Below, one piece after another: positions 26,723-38,000 of a stretch of DNA of 64,000 nucleotides. The stretch is taken from positions 61,777 to 125,776 of the IMG/VR virus record IMGVR_UViG_3300032217_000845. The stretch is one strand, 5' to 3'. Origin of the DNA: a virus. The notes under the pieces are model-generated. The model searched no databases, had not been told where the DNA came from, and worked only from the letters and a program-made list of their open reading frames with translations. The translations under genes and the position numbers were made by a program. Positions within the stretch are counted from its first letter, which is position 1, and each line of letters begins with the position of its first letter.

Positions 26723-27868
26723 ATGAGCCAGACACCAGAAATTATTGAAACTAACGAAACGGTTGAAGAGTTGAAGCCAATCACTCGTCAGGAAGTCTCA
26801 GCGATGATTGCATCGGCTAACGAGTCAATCATTGACGATGTTCGTCAGGTACAGCCGAAGCTTGTGAACCAAGTTATCGAACGCACTTACCTAGATACTG
26901 AAGGTCTTCCAGTACGTTCACGTAACTTTGCGATTCGTCGTGCAGTTACCAACTACATTGACCTACAGACCAAGGGTCTAGTTGCTAGTGCTGCCCCTAA
27001 CCATACTGACCTACTAACCCCGGCTAACCCGTACTCAACTGCGGCTACAGTTTGGGACGAGGATACCCTACGTCAGAAGCGTGCCACATGGGCTGCAGCT
27101 GAGCCAGGCGTATCCGAAGAGCACCGTGCACTTATTGCTGCTGCTTACATGCAGAAGCCAGGTTCGGTAGAAGCTCTTCACGCCGAGGTTCGTCTAACTG
27201 CCCTTACTGCTGGTGGTGCAATCCCTGCTCAGGTTCTAAACTACGGACACGCACTTACAGCTGGTGCAGCTGTCAACACTGCCCCTACTAATGACGAAAT
27301 GTATGAGTACTACGAAGAGTCTCGCGCTGCGTTCCTAGAACTGCTAGATGCTCAGTCTGCTCTTACAGCGTCTGGCTCTGCTCCGTTTGACTGGAAGGGT
27401 GACCTTACTCGTCGCGTTTACCGTGGCGACACTCGTCACCAGATTCTTAGCCACCTAAGTCAAGACGAAGAGTTTGCTCAGAACGTACTACTGCTAAATG
27501 AAGACCTATCTGACACAGACATGTACACCCGTGCAGGTCAAGCTCAGTTCCAAGTTTTCTATGACGCACTCTGTGAACTTGCGGATGCTCCTCAGGTTAT
27601 TGACCTTCGTGAGCGTGCAGCTAAGGCTATCTCTAAGTATGACGAGACTGGCGAAATTGCTCAGGCAATTGTTGCTGGTGCTTCGACTAACCACGTCCTA
27701 AGCAAGCTTCACCAGCTTGAATCATGGAACCTTGACAACGACTATCTAAACGTTGATAGCGAGTCAGATAGGGCTGCAGAATTTGCAGTAATCTATGAGT
27801 CAGTTCTCGATATCGATGGTGAGTCATACGACTATGACTCACTCAGAGAAGTACTTCCAGAGAAATAA
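26723..27868 (+). CDS. Head-module hypothetical protein
   Basis: Long ORF with several ALTAG/ALTAS motifs. Confidence 0.75.
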   Translation: MSQTPEIIETNETVEELKPITRQEVSAMIASANESIIDDVRQVQPKLVNQVIERTYLDTEGLPVRSRNFAIRRAVTNYIDLQTKGLVASAAPNHTDLLTPANPYSTAATVWDEDTLRQKRATWAAAEPGVSEEHRALIAAAYMQKPGSVEALHAEVRLTALTAGGAIPAQVLNYGHALTAGAAVNTAPTNDEMYEYYEESRAAFLELLDAQSALTASGSAPFDWKGDLTRRVYRGDTRHQILSHLSQDEEFAQNVLLLNEDLSDTDMYTRAGQAQFQVFYDALCELADAPQVIDLRERAAKAISKYDETGEIAQAIVAGASTNHVLSKLHQLESWNLDNDYLNVDSESDRAAEFAVIYESVLDIDGESYDYDSLREVLPEK

Positions 27869-27958
27869 CCTATTCAATAGTTCTATACACTTGTACTAGG
27901 TTAAAAACTTATTCGGGTACATTTGCCCGCTACCCTGAGACACATAAGAAGGAACACG

Positions 27959-30900
27959 ATGTCTGATTACCTAGACAGCCTTTACTCTGGCTTAAACGAA
28001 GAAAGCCTTACAGCGATTACTGCTGGTATTGGATTTAATGATGGAGCCAACAAAGGTTTCTGGCGCAAGCAGCCTCGCAAGAAGTGGGGTAAGGGCAAGG
28101 GTCAATGGATTGAGATGGGTGCACGACTACGTGCCCTATTCAACATCAATGGTAAACTTCAAAGCGTTACTGGTCGCTCTGCTGGTTCTGATGGTACCCC
28201 TAACGGTGTTCGTTTCCGTCCAGACCCTGGACAGCCTGGTGTAGACAGCAACCTACTCTACGGTGTTAACACTGCTCACCTAGAAGAGATTCAAGCTACC
28301 CTTCCAGACAACTATGTTGAGAGCAAGGGTCTTAACGCCAACCGTGAGCAGACTGGAACTGGCAGCGTAGTTTCTACCGCCAACATTCCAGACATAAATG
28401 ATATGGAGACTGCTCCTGTAACTCCTGATGACATCAGAATGATTGAAGAGGGTGTCAACTCTAAAGAGGGTCAAGAAGCAGAGAACTTCAAGAACACTGA
28501 CGAAGGTCAGCAAGTTGCCAGCTTAGATGACGTAGATGAGTCTGATGTTCTCACTGGCGAAGAAGTCAACCAGCTAGTTGACGGAAACGCTCCACGTAAT
28601 CTGGCAGGTTATAAAGGTCTAAAAGAAACTTCTCCTGGAAGTGGAATTTGGGATTACAAAGAAGGTAAATATAACTACCGACTAAAGCAGAACAAAGCTG
28701 GACAATGGGAAATCTATGCTGATGGTGCTAACCCTGACTATGAATATGATACTCCTGCAGATAGACGTAACATGCGTTACATGTTTGAAAAACTTGATGC
28801 TGGAAGCTACAGCAGCGTGCAGGACGCCATGGATAATTTCTTTGGCGCAGAGTACACCTCGAAGAAGTCTAAGAAATCTAACGAGGACGTCACCGAGCCA
28901 ATCGCTGTCGTTACCAATCCAGAAGATGTAGCTGACCTCACCCTAGGTGAGACCCCTCTTATGGAAGCTGGTCTAGTCAAACATCCAGGAGAATATCCTG
29001 GCATAACAGAGTATTCAGACGGTGAAGGTGACCTAACCCCAGAAAATGCTACCTTCGGTCTCGAGAATCTAGGCGGAGGTAACTGGGAGTTTACTAACTA
29101 CAAGACTGGTCAAATCTTCCCGATAAAGGCTGACAATCTTGCAGATGCCGAAAGACAGCTGGCCGACTATCGTCTTGAAAGAGGCGATTTCGACCCAGCA
29201 GTTATTCAAGCCCGCAGTGATGAGGAAACAGCTAACGCTCGTGGATTCACTGAAACTATGCGTGGCAGCCTGCAAGGCATGAAGGGTCGCAATATCAAGG
29301 GTGGTTTTGCTAAGGCTTACCCTAACGGAAGAACTGCAACCATTGTACAAGACGATGATGGTTCCTGGCACCTAGAAAAGCATGACGAGTTTAATGGTGG
29401 AATCCAAGAAACAAAGCGTTTTGAAGATGGCTACTTTAGCTCTGGATTAGACCAGGCCCTTGCAGAAGGTGACGCTTATCTAAACGAAGACATTGCTTTA
29501 CCAATGACTCGTAAAGAGTTCGGTGATTACGTTGAGAATCGCTATGGCGATGCCGAGCGTAAAAAGCCGGCCTTCCTAGACGAAGCTGCCATAGACGAGG
29601 CTTTTCAAAGCTACTCTGACATGTATAAAGAGAGTAAGGCAGACAACGGCTGGGTATCTAAAGACATGGACGCAGATGCGCGTTCTCAGGCATTCTCCGA
29701 AATGGATGACATGGCAGTGGCCGAAGAGAGAGACCCTCTAGGCGACGGTGGTTTTGACCAGCTAGTCAAAGATGCCATAGATGGTAAAGATGTAAGTCTA
29801 GATGGGCTGCTCAATGAAAAAAGCAAAATGGATGACCAAGACGGGGACGGTACTCCAGACGATGAAGACCCTGACTTCGACCCTGACCTAGAAGATACAG
29901 ACCTAGAGCTTACTAGCGGTGACCAAGACCCTGAACTACTTAGGGATATTGTTCGCAAAGACCGCGATGAGGCAGAGAATGTCAACATTGGCGATGTAAT
30001 CATGGGCCCTGATGGTATGCCTGTTCGTGTTAAGAGATACGACTGGGACGAGTCTGACTCTGACGAAGAGTCTCCTGGATTGACCATTACTGCTACCGAT
30101 GCTAACGGTGAAGAAGTAGAGTTTTACAAGGGTCGCTACGACAGCGTTTACTACCCAGAGTTTGCACCAGAAGGTGCTGCTCCAAAGGCCAAGCCTGCTG
30201 ATAAGCCGATTACTCCAGCTGATGCCACTCCAGCAACTCCTACCAGAGTTGCACCAGATAGCGCACTAGAGGTTGATGCTGGTCGAGTTCAGATTGGCGA
30301 CAAGCTTTACAGTCCAGACGGTTCTACACTTCTTGGTGAAGTTACTCAGACTCGTAAGAAGGGCGGCAAGACTGAAGCCCGCCTGAGCCTAGATGGTAAG
30401 GACGAAGGCTTCCAAGAGCTTGGTCCAGTAAACCTAGTCGATAGAAACCCTAGCGTTAATGCTCAGAAGCAGGCAGAGAAAGACGCCAAGAAGGCTGAAG
30501 CAGCTCGTGTCAAGGCTGAGAAGAAAGCCGCTGACGAGAAGGCTGCAGCTGACAAGGCAGCAGCTATGAATGACCCACGCACAGACGAGGGTATCGAGAA
30601 CCTAAAGGGTATCCTTGAAGCTGCTAATAACCCAGAGCGTCTTCAGCCTGCAATCGATGTTCTAAATGACCCTAGCCTAAGCAACGACGAGAAGGCTACT
30701 GCTCTTGTAGACGCTTTGACTACGAAACTTGGAATGCTGAATGGTACAGATGAACAGCGTCTGAATGCTCGTAAGGCAGAGCAGAAGGCTATGAAGATGC
30801 TAGAGGATGCTGGCATCCCTGGCTCTAGCCGAGAAGAGCGTCAATCTTCTGCGGCTGTACGTCGCTCTAGAAGCAACATTCAAGGAGACAGCAACCTTAA

Positions 30901-32857
30901 ATTCCCTGAAAGTAACACTCTTGCTGCAGAAGTTGCTGACATGAAGAAGCGTCTAGACGCTGGAGAAGATGTTCCGCTTGCGGAAACTGACGCTTTGAAT
31001 GACAAAATTGCTGCTCACCGTGACCGTTTCTGGATGAAGGGCGACTCTAGCGGTAAGCCACTTCCAGGTGAGGCAGAGCGTGTTGATGAAGAGATTCGTA
31101 AGGCACAGCGTGAGGGTACTGCTCCAATCCCATTCGTAAGAAAAGATGGCTCGGAGATTCGTCCTGACGACAACACTGCTGGCACAGCTACTCCAGCTGC
31201 TCCTACAACTCCTGGAGCAACTTCAGCTCCTACAACTCCAGCAACTCCTACCCAGTACAAGACTCCTGCCCCAACTCCTAAGGCTCCAAAGCACCCTAAG
31301 CCTGTCAAGAAGAGCCCTAAGGCTAAGCCAATCGGCACTCCTGACGACGATGGTAAGCCTATCAAGGGTGACAACAAAACTGATGCAGATGTCGAAGCAA
31401 TGCGTAACAGAAAACTGGAAAACGCTATCGATGCAGATGGTAACCCAGTTTATGCCAAGGACGTTAATGGGAACATCCTAACTGACAAGAAGGGCCGTCC
31501 AATTCCTCTACAGGATACAGACGCTATTCTTGCTGCTCTACGTGCAGACTACCCAGACGCCAAGCTAGACAACTTCGGTAACATTGTTGTCCACCGCGAG
31601 AAGTACAAGGCTGATGACGGCTCAGAGAAGATGTTTGAAGTCCTTGTTCACATGAACACTGGTGGTAAAATTGGTCTGTCAATGCGATTTACCGACCCAG
31701 CTACTGGCGAGGTAGAACACCTAATCCACCACGATGAGCGTGACTCCTACATGGGTCTACACGGTAAGACAAACGGTATTCAAGCTCTTATCGATATCGT
31801 TCAGGGTAAGAAGCCTAACACCGACCGTAAGACTGCTACCCGTGGATACAACACCGCTGGACTAACTGACTACCGTCAGCGTGCAGAATACTTTGTTCGC
31901 CAAGGCCGTCTGCTTACGCAGGGTCAGGTATGGGACAAGTACCTTTCAGGTATGGCTGAAGAAATTAACACCAGCATGGGCGGTAAGGGTAAGGCATATC
32001 TAACAAAGCGTAGAAGTGAAGTTGCTTCTGCTGCCGAGGCTCTTCGCCAAGGAGATAGAGAAACCTTCTTCCAGCGTGTTCGTGCTGCTGTTGGTCACAC
32101 TCCTGTTCACCCTAGCCAGAGAGCGGAAATGCGTAAAGCAATCCGTGACTATCTAGAGCGTGAAATGCCTGCGATGTCAGCTAGAGAGCGTACAATTCTT
32201 GCTCAGTATGTTGACAGACACCTAACCCGCCGTGGCGAACTAGTAGACCCTACTGGTAGAGATGTTCCATTTGTTTCTCGCGAAACAAGAAAGCTCGAGC
32301 CAGGCCTTTGGGTTGACTACGTAAACAACTTCGGTGAGAAATCTCGTGGTCGAGTAGTTAGCCTAGACGAGCCTCAGCTAAACGATGCTGGAACTGAGTA
32401 CTATGACAACGTAACTATAGAGTTTGCTAACGGAGAGCGAGTCTCTATGCTTACTTCACAGAACATGATTCCAGTTCCTCCGAAAGAACAGGCTAAGGCT
32501 GCTCCATCTAAGTACATTAAGAATGTTCAGGGTGAAGAGATGCGTCGTCGTCGTAGGGAGCAGCTTGGAATTACCGCAGCTAGAACTACTGGTGTTCTAA
32601 GATTCCTAGAAGATGTTAAAGCAGAAGAAGCCGAAATGGCAGAAAACGCTAACAAGACTGGTGGCAAGATTGAAGACCTCGGTGCTGGAGATACTCTCTT
32701 CAGCAAGGATGGTGACCCTCTAGGTCCAATCATCGAGAAGATTCCTATTGTTGGTAAGAGTGGTAACCCAGGTTACGCTGTTATCTTTGAAAATGCCGAT
32801 GGTGAAGAAGTTCAGGTTCGTCTACCTCTAGGAGAGTTCCGCGGCCCAAAAGCGTAA
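27959..32857 (+). CDS. Giant (about 1630 aa) head-associated protein
   Basis: Start at MSDYL after AAGAAGGAA; N-terminal QPR...GQWIEMG; acidic and Pro/Thr linkers; ends at a slippery site. Confidence 0.85.
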   Translation: MSDYLDSLYSGLNEESLTAITAGIGFNDGANKGFWRKQPRKKWGKGKGQWIEMGARLRALFNINGKLQSVTGRSAGSDGTPNGVRFRPDPGQPGVDSNLLYGVNTAHLEEIQATLPDNYVESKGLNANREQTGTGSVVSTANIPDINDMETAPVTPDDIRMIEEGVNSKEGQEAENFKNTDEGQQVASLDDVDESDVLTGEEVNQLVDGNAPRNLAGYKGLKETSPGSGIWDYKEGKYNYRLKQNKAGQWEIYADGANPDYEYDTPADRRNMRYMFEKLDAGSYSSVQDAMDNFFGAEYTSKKSKKSNEDVTEPIAVVTNPEDVADLTLGETPLMEAGLVKHPGEYPGITEYSDGEGDLTPENATFGLENLGGGNWEFTNYKTGQIFPIKADNLADAERQLADYRLERGDFDPAVIQARSDEETANARGFTETMRGSLQGMKGRNIKGGFAKAYPNGRTATIVQDDDGSWHLEKHDEFNGGIQETKRFEDGYFSSGLDQALAEGDAYLNEDIALPMTRKEFGDYVENRYGDAERKKPAFLDEAAIDEAFQSYSDMYKESKADNGWVSKDMDADARSQAFSEMDDMAVAEERDPLGDGGFDQLVKDAIDGKDVSLDGLLNEKSKMDDQDGDGTPDDEDPDFDPDLEDTDLELTSGDQDPELLRDIVRKDRDEAENVNIGDVIMGPDGMPVRVKRYDWDESDSDEESPGLTITATDANGEEVEFYKGRYDSVYYPEFAPEGAAPKAKPADKPITPADATPATPTRVAPDSALEVDAGRVQIGDKLYSPDGSTLLGEVTQTRKKGGKTEARLSLDGKDEGFQELGPVNLVDRNPSVNAQKQAEKDAKKAEAARVKAEKKAADEKAAADKAAAMNDPRTDEGIENLKGILEAANNPERLQPAIDVLNDPSLSNDEKATALVDALTTKLGMLNGTDEQRLNARKAEQKAMKMLEDAGIPGSSREERQSSAAVRRSRSNIQGDSNLKFPESNTLAAEVADMKKRLDAGEDVPLAETDALNDKIAAHRDRFWMKGDSSGKPLPGEAERVDEEIRKAQREGTAPIPFVRKDGSEIRPDDNTAGTATPAAPTTPGATSAPTTPATPTQYKTPAPTPKAPKHPKPVKKSPKAKPIGTPDDDGKPIKGDNKTDADVEAMRNRKLENAIDADGNPVYAKDVNGNILTDKKGRPIPLQDTDAILAALRADYPDAKLDNFGNIVVHREKYKADDGSEKMFEVLVHMNTGGKIGLSMRFTDPATGEVEHLIHHDERDSYMGLHGKTNGIQALIDIVQGKKPNTDRKTATRGYNTAGLTDYRQRAEYFVRQGRLLTQGQVWDKYLSGMAEEINTSMGGKGKAYLTKRRSEVASAAEALRQGDRETFFQRVRAAVGHTPVHPSQRAEMRKAIRDYLEREMPAMSARERTILAQYVDRHLTRRGELVDPTGRDVPFVSRETRKLEPGLWVDYVNNFGEKSRGRVVSLDEPQLNDAGTEYYDNVTIEFANGERVSMLTSQNMIPVPPKEQAKAAPSKYIKNVQGEEMRRRRREQLGITAARTTGVLRFLEDVKAEEAEMAENANKTGGKIEDLGAGDTLFSKDGDPLGPIIEKIPIVGKSGNPGYAVIFENADGEEVQVRLPLGEFRGPKA

Positions 32858-32904
32858 AGGCTTCTGAGCCAACGTCTCGGGATGCCGAGGCATCCTCAGA
32901 GGCC
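32845..32904 (+). other. Predicted -1 programmed ribosomal frameshift signal
   Basis: In-frame C CCA AAA at 32845-51, 7-nt spacer, stem GGCTTCTGAG/CTCAGAGGCC; the -1 frame is open into the 32935 ORF. Confidence 0.8.
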
Positions 32905-32934
32905 ACTGGTCCGAATCTCAATGAGAAAAACGCT

Positions 32935-34377
32935 ATGTTTAGGGACTTTGACCTAGACGAAGGCGGTAACCCAGGGCAAATTAAGCTGGTATCCGAAGAG
33001 TCTGATTCAGACTTTGACGATGTTGAGGTAGACACTTCTTACTTGCGAAAAGCAGCCGCTTCGTCGCCTACTACTGATGCAGTAGATGAAGCCTTAGCTC
33101 CATTTGTAGATACTTATGGATTGGCGGCGGCTCCTTCAGACATTATGTCGCTTAGCCAGGCTGCTGATACTGTTAACAAGGCTGCAGCAGAACTACGTGC
33201 TAACCCAAGCGCAGAGACCAATAAAAAGTATAAAGAATCTCTACAAGCCTTCCTAAATCACAGAGCTTATATGATTCAGCGTGCTCACGAAGAATTTATT
33301 ATCCCTGGCGACATGAAGAAAGACTGGGAGCTCCCAGCTGACAGTCTTCTCTCGGTTTCAGAGCTAAAACTTATAAATGCTGCTATCAAACCATCTAAGT
33401 TATATGGTGCCGGAATCGGTGGCGGACGAGTACAGAAGTTCTCTCCTAAGGTAAATCGTAAGAACGCACCGAACTGGGCAGCCACTCTAGAGACAGCCAG
33501 AGAGATGGACCAAACCAACAAGAATAACCCAATCAAGGACTTAGCTCCAAACTGGGAAGTTCAGTCGTTTGAAGATAAGCTAGTTGCTGGAGAGAGCGAT
33601 TTGCTTGATGCAAATGGTGCACCTATGGCTGGACTAAGGACTGGAGTATCGGTTCACATCGTCAAGCTACTAAGCCGAGCTAGTGTTCTGCAAGAAGTAC
33701 GAGACTTTATGACTGTTGGCACCATGCAGCTTAAAGATTCTTCTGGAGTTTATGCTGGAAAACTTACTATCAACAGCGGTCTTACTAAGGGCAAACGATA
33801 CGCTACCGATGAAGAAATTAATGCCGCACTTGCTAGCATTATGGATGCTGGTGGGAAGCTACACCTCCCGGGTACAGCAGGCTCTGTTGCTGCTGGTGAT
33901 ATCCTAAAAGACAATGGTATGGATATATTTATAACATCGTCCGGTAGAGAGCTAACTTCAATCACTTCTATGCATGGCACCGAGCGTAACGCACTTGCTT
34001 ATGCAACTCCTTTGTTTGGAATTACAGTGTTTGCTGATAGAGTTAGAGACTCTCAGGCAAGTACTGATAAGGGCAGAGGGCAGCTAGATGGTTCCCCAAT
34101 GGACTGGTGGTCTTCTAAGATTAACCCGAATACCTTGGAGACATGGGACCACACTATGAAGCACGAAATTGGCCACATAGTTGATGCCAGAAGTAGCACC
34201 CTAAGCAATGATAATAGCTTTGGCTCCATCGGTTCTCCTAGCCAATATGGTAGAAAGAACTCGAAGGAGAAATTTGCTGAGCTATTCGCCAAGTACATGC
34301 GAGGCGAGCCAGTGTCAGACACATTTATGGCTATCCTTAGAAATAAGGGGCTATTGAAGTCCCAGCAGAGCAACTGA
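32935..34377 (+). CDS. HExxH zinc-metallopeptidase-domain protein (probably the frameshifted extension of the 27959 protein)
   Basis: MKHEIGHIVD...SQYG..N..EKFAELF; no clear RBS of its own. Confidence 0.8.
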   Translation: MFRDFDLDEGGNPGQIKLVSEESDSDFDDVEVDTSYLRKAAASSPTTDAVDEALAPFVDTYGLAAAPSDIMSLSQAADTVNKAAAELRANPSAETNKKYKESLQAFLNHRAYMIQRAHEEFIIPGDMKKDWELPADSLLSVSELKLINAAIKPSKLYGAGIGGGRVQKFSPKVNRKNAPNWAATLETAREMDQTNKNNPIKDLAPNWEVQSFEDKLVAGESDLLDANGAPMAGLRTGVSVHIVKLLSRASVLQEVRDFMTVGTMQLKDSSGVYAGKLTINSGLTKGKRYATDEEINAALASIMDAGGKLHLPGTAGSVAAGDILKDNGMDIFITSSGRELTSITSMHGTERNALAYATPLFGITVFADRVRDSQASTDKGRGQLDGSPMDWWSSKINPNTLETWDHTMKHEIGHIVDARSSTLSNDNSFGSIGSPSQYGRKNSKEKFAELFAKYMRGEPVSDTFMAILRNKGLLKSQQSN

Positions 34378-34389
34378 TAGGATTAGACA

Positions 34390-34614
34390 ATGAGTAAATA
34401 TCCGCAGCCACCTTTTGACACTAAAGATGTTCTAATCGTTGACACTGTCAACCCAGAAGACTCTTACGAGAGTGTTGTAGATTTAAACGATTTCTCTAAC
34501 GAGAAGTTATCTGAGCTGTACTTCGTTCATCCAGTAGCCAAAAAATTGCTAGACTGGCGATACGAGAACAAGGTCGGCTTTGATGAAGACGAGAACCAAG
34601 ACCAAAAGGACTAA
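34390..34614 (+). CDS. Small acidic hypothetical protein
   Basis: RBS AGGA; directly after the peptidase domain. Confidence 0.7.
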   Translation: MSKYPQPPFDTKDVLIVDTVNPEDSYESVVDLNDFSNEKLSELYFVHPVAKKLLDWRYENKVGFDEDENQDQKD

Positions 34615-34671
34615 GTATGCTAAACTTTATTCTAGAGCATACGTCGTCCGACGCTAAATTAAAGGAAAATA

Positions 34672-35031
34672 ATGGCTAATTACGCTATCGATATGTATGT
34701 ATACGTTGACCCGGATACACGAGAAGTAAAGGGTATGTACCTGTACGGCGGTCTGGGAGCTCTAACTCGCCTAGACGGAGACTGGGAGCCAGTCAACCGC
34801 GAGACTGACCCAAACATGGAAGACTTTGAAAGCGGCTATGTTGCTTACTCAATCGACTTTGAAAAAGGTGGAGATGAAATTCTTCTTGACGAGGAAGACG
34901 ATGAGTTTGAATACGTCCACCCACTAGTCAAGGCATTTGATGAAGGTGAAATCACTGAAGACATGGTCAAGCAGTACGGTGACCTAGCTCACGACGAAAC
35001 TGGACATAATCCAGAACTAGGTCTCAACTAA
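34672..35031 (+). CDS. Acidic hypothetical protein
   Basis: RBS AAGGA. Confidence 0.75.
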   Translation: MANYAIDMYVYVDPDTREVKGMYLYGGLGALTRLDGDWEPVNRETDPNMEDFESGYVAYSIDFEKGGDEILLDEEDDEFEYVHPLVKAFDEGEITEDMVKQYGDLAHDETGHNPELGLN

Positions 35032-35047
35032 TAACTAAAGGCTAAAA

Positions 35048-38000
35048 ATGGTAAATTTCGTTGGTCGCAGTGGCGAACTAGCTTTATTCAGCAATGGTTC
35101 GGATGCTGCTGTAGTTAACACCTCCCTCAACTTAGTTGTGGGTGTCGGTGAATACTCTGTGCTATCTGCCACGCGCGAATGGCAGAGTACCGACGAAGTC
35201 ATTTCTAGTTCGGTCATAGAACTTGCAGCTGGTGCCGTTACTACTCTCGACATCAAAGTTATAACTGCTGCCGCTGGACGTATGTATACAATTCCAGACG
35301 GTGCAAAAGGAGAAGCTAAAAAAGCCCTTGAATGGCATAAAGAGCATCATCGCGGCGGAACTCCTGTAGGTCTAAATACTGCTCGTACTCTTGCTAAGGG
35401 CGGCCAGATTGGTATTGAAAAGGTACGTCACATAGCTAAGTACTTTGCCCGTCACGAAGTAGATAAAAAAGGCAAGGGCTACAAGCCTGGCCAAGACAAC
35501 TTCCCGAGCAACGGACGAATCGCGTGGGCCTTGTGGGGCGGTGACACCGCTTGGCGTTGGGCTAAGGCAATCGTTGAGCGTGAGAACAAGAAAGCTCTTA
35601 CTGCTGGCGGTTATGCACTTCCTGGATATCACGACAGCGTAGAAACTTATAGAACAGCAGATGCTTATGACTCAAGCATGGATGCTTTCAAGATGGCTCA
35701 CGAACTTGAGCCAGAGTATGGTCCAGAGTTTATGGCTCGTGTTCGTATGGATGGTTCGGGTATTGACCGACTATATAAAGTTGACCACGATGGCACCGTC
35801 TGCGTTTGGGATGGCAAAGGCTGGGACGACTTAGGCCACGTTGAGGGCGACATATGGAGCTACGACCGTGCTCTAGATGACCCATATGACCACTGTGAAA
35901 AAGACCACTTTATAATTGACCCGGAGTCAGCAGTTGCTATCTCTGGGCACATGCAGGAGAATCCATTTAATAGAGTATCTCTTGAAGACATAGATGCTTA
36001 TGAGGCTAACCTCATGGCAGATGGTATTCCTGACGAAGACTGGCAAATGGTTGACTATGCGTTGACAGCTGCTGGCGACTCTATGTCTGGTGCCAAGGGC
36101 GCAAAGCCTACTGGTGCAGTTAAGGCTGGCGATGGTCAGTACACTGCAGCAGAACGTTCTAACATTGCTACCTCTGCTCCTCGTGATGCTACTGGTAAGT
36201 TTGCTAAGTCTGGTGGTCGTGCTGTAGTTGGAAACAATCCAGCAACTGGTGCTGGAACTATTGTTGGACGAAGCAAGACTCCTGGAAACATTATGTTCAA
36301 AAAGGATAGCGATGGACAGACCATTGACGTTCCTGCTAAGTACAGTACCCCTGAAGATAAGTTCCAAGCTCCGACCCCTCCTACTGGCGTAGATTATGGT
36401 AAGCCACTAGACACTTCTGGGATTTTAGGCGAGCCACGTACTCCAAATGATATGCCTGGAGCCCAACTTAAAGGCACTCTCCCTCCAATGACTCAGCAAG
36501 ATATGAAGAGCCTACTTAATGACTGGCCTTCATATGTTCAAAAGCAGCGTGCGTCCTTCACTCCTACTAATGAGGCAGATGCTCGTAAGTATGCTCAGGA
36601 AACTAAGCAGAAAGTTCGTGAAGTACCGACAGTAACTCGTACCCCTATTACTACTTTTAAAGATGGAAAGTTAGTTCAACAAAATAGAGTTACAAAACAG
36701 TCAAGTCCGTCAGCTGTTGATAAGTTCTTACCTAACCCAGTTAAACCTGGTGTACCTAAATCTCTACAAGTACCTAAGAGACCAGCAGTGGCTAAGCCAA
36801 CTGGTCAGCCTGGTGCATGGTCTACTGCAGTTAAAAAGGCTCCGTCTCCATACAAGCCGATTGGAAATAACAAAACTGCAGAGAACGCTAGAAAAGGTCT
36901 TCTTATGGGCCCGCTTTCTGGTCGTGGACCAGTTACTAAAAGTTCAAGTAGTGCTGGACCTGCTCCTCAAGGGAATTTTGTCCGTGGTCAAAGTCGTATG
37001 GATGGTAGACCAGGCTCTACAGTAAACCCTAAAGGTCAGCCTGGGGCATGGGACACTGGCAAGAATGGTACAGGTAGACCTGGTATTAAGTCTGCTGACC
37101 CTCGTAATGCTCCTGGCTCAAACAGGCAGACAACGCCAGCATCTAAGTCTCAGTTTGATGACAAGGGTCGTTACGTAGTTCAAAAGGGAGATAACCTATG
37201 GTCTATCTCCGACAAAAACAAACCTAAGGGTCAAACTACAGCTCAGTACTGGAACAAGGTTCTTGATGCAAACAAGGGCAAGTTCAAGTCAGGCAACCCT
37301 AGTCTCATCTATTCTGGTGAGCGTGTAACTCTGCCGGGCGTAGGTAAGCCTATGAGCCCAGCCGAGAAACGTAATGCAGACGCTAAAGCTTACGGCCAGG
37401 GCATTATGCAAGGTATTGCCAAGGATAAAGCTCAAAAAGCTGCAAAGCAAAATTCAGATGCCAAGCAGTATGGTCAAGGTATCCTTGCTGGAAAGGCTAA
37501 AGCCAAGGCTGAGGCTGACAAGCGTAATGCAGACGCCAAGGCATACGGTCAGGGCAGAATAGCCGGAAACGCTAAGGCAAAAGCCGCGGCAGATGCAAAG
37601 CGTAATGCAGACGCCAAAGAAATTGGCACAGCTAAATTGAAGGCTGCTGCAAAGGTCAAAGCTGCAAGCGATAAGCGCAATGCTGATGCTAAAGCATACG
37701 GACAGGGTATCAAGTCAGGTATTGCTCAGAAGCGCAACGCTGATGCCAAAGCTTATGGGCAAGGTATCTTGTCTGGTAAAGCTAAGGCTCAGGCTCAAGC
37801 GGATAAGCGTAATGCCGATGCTAAAGCTTATGGTAAAGGCATTATGTCTGGACAGGCTAAGGCAAAAGCAGCAGCGGATGCTAAGCGTAATTCAGATGCT
37901 AAAGCTTATGGACAGGGTATCAAGTCTGGTATTGACAAAGCTAAGGCAGATGCTGCAAAGCGTAATGCTGACGCTAAAGCATTTGGTGAAGGCAAGAAAG

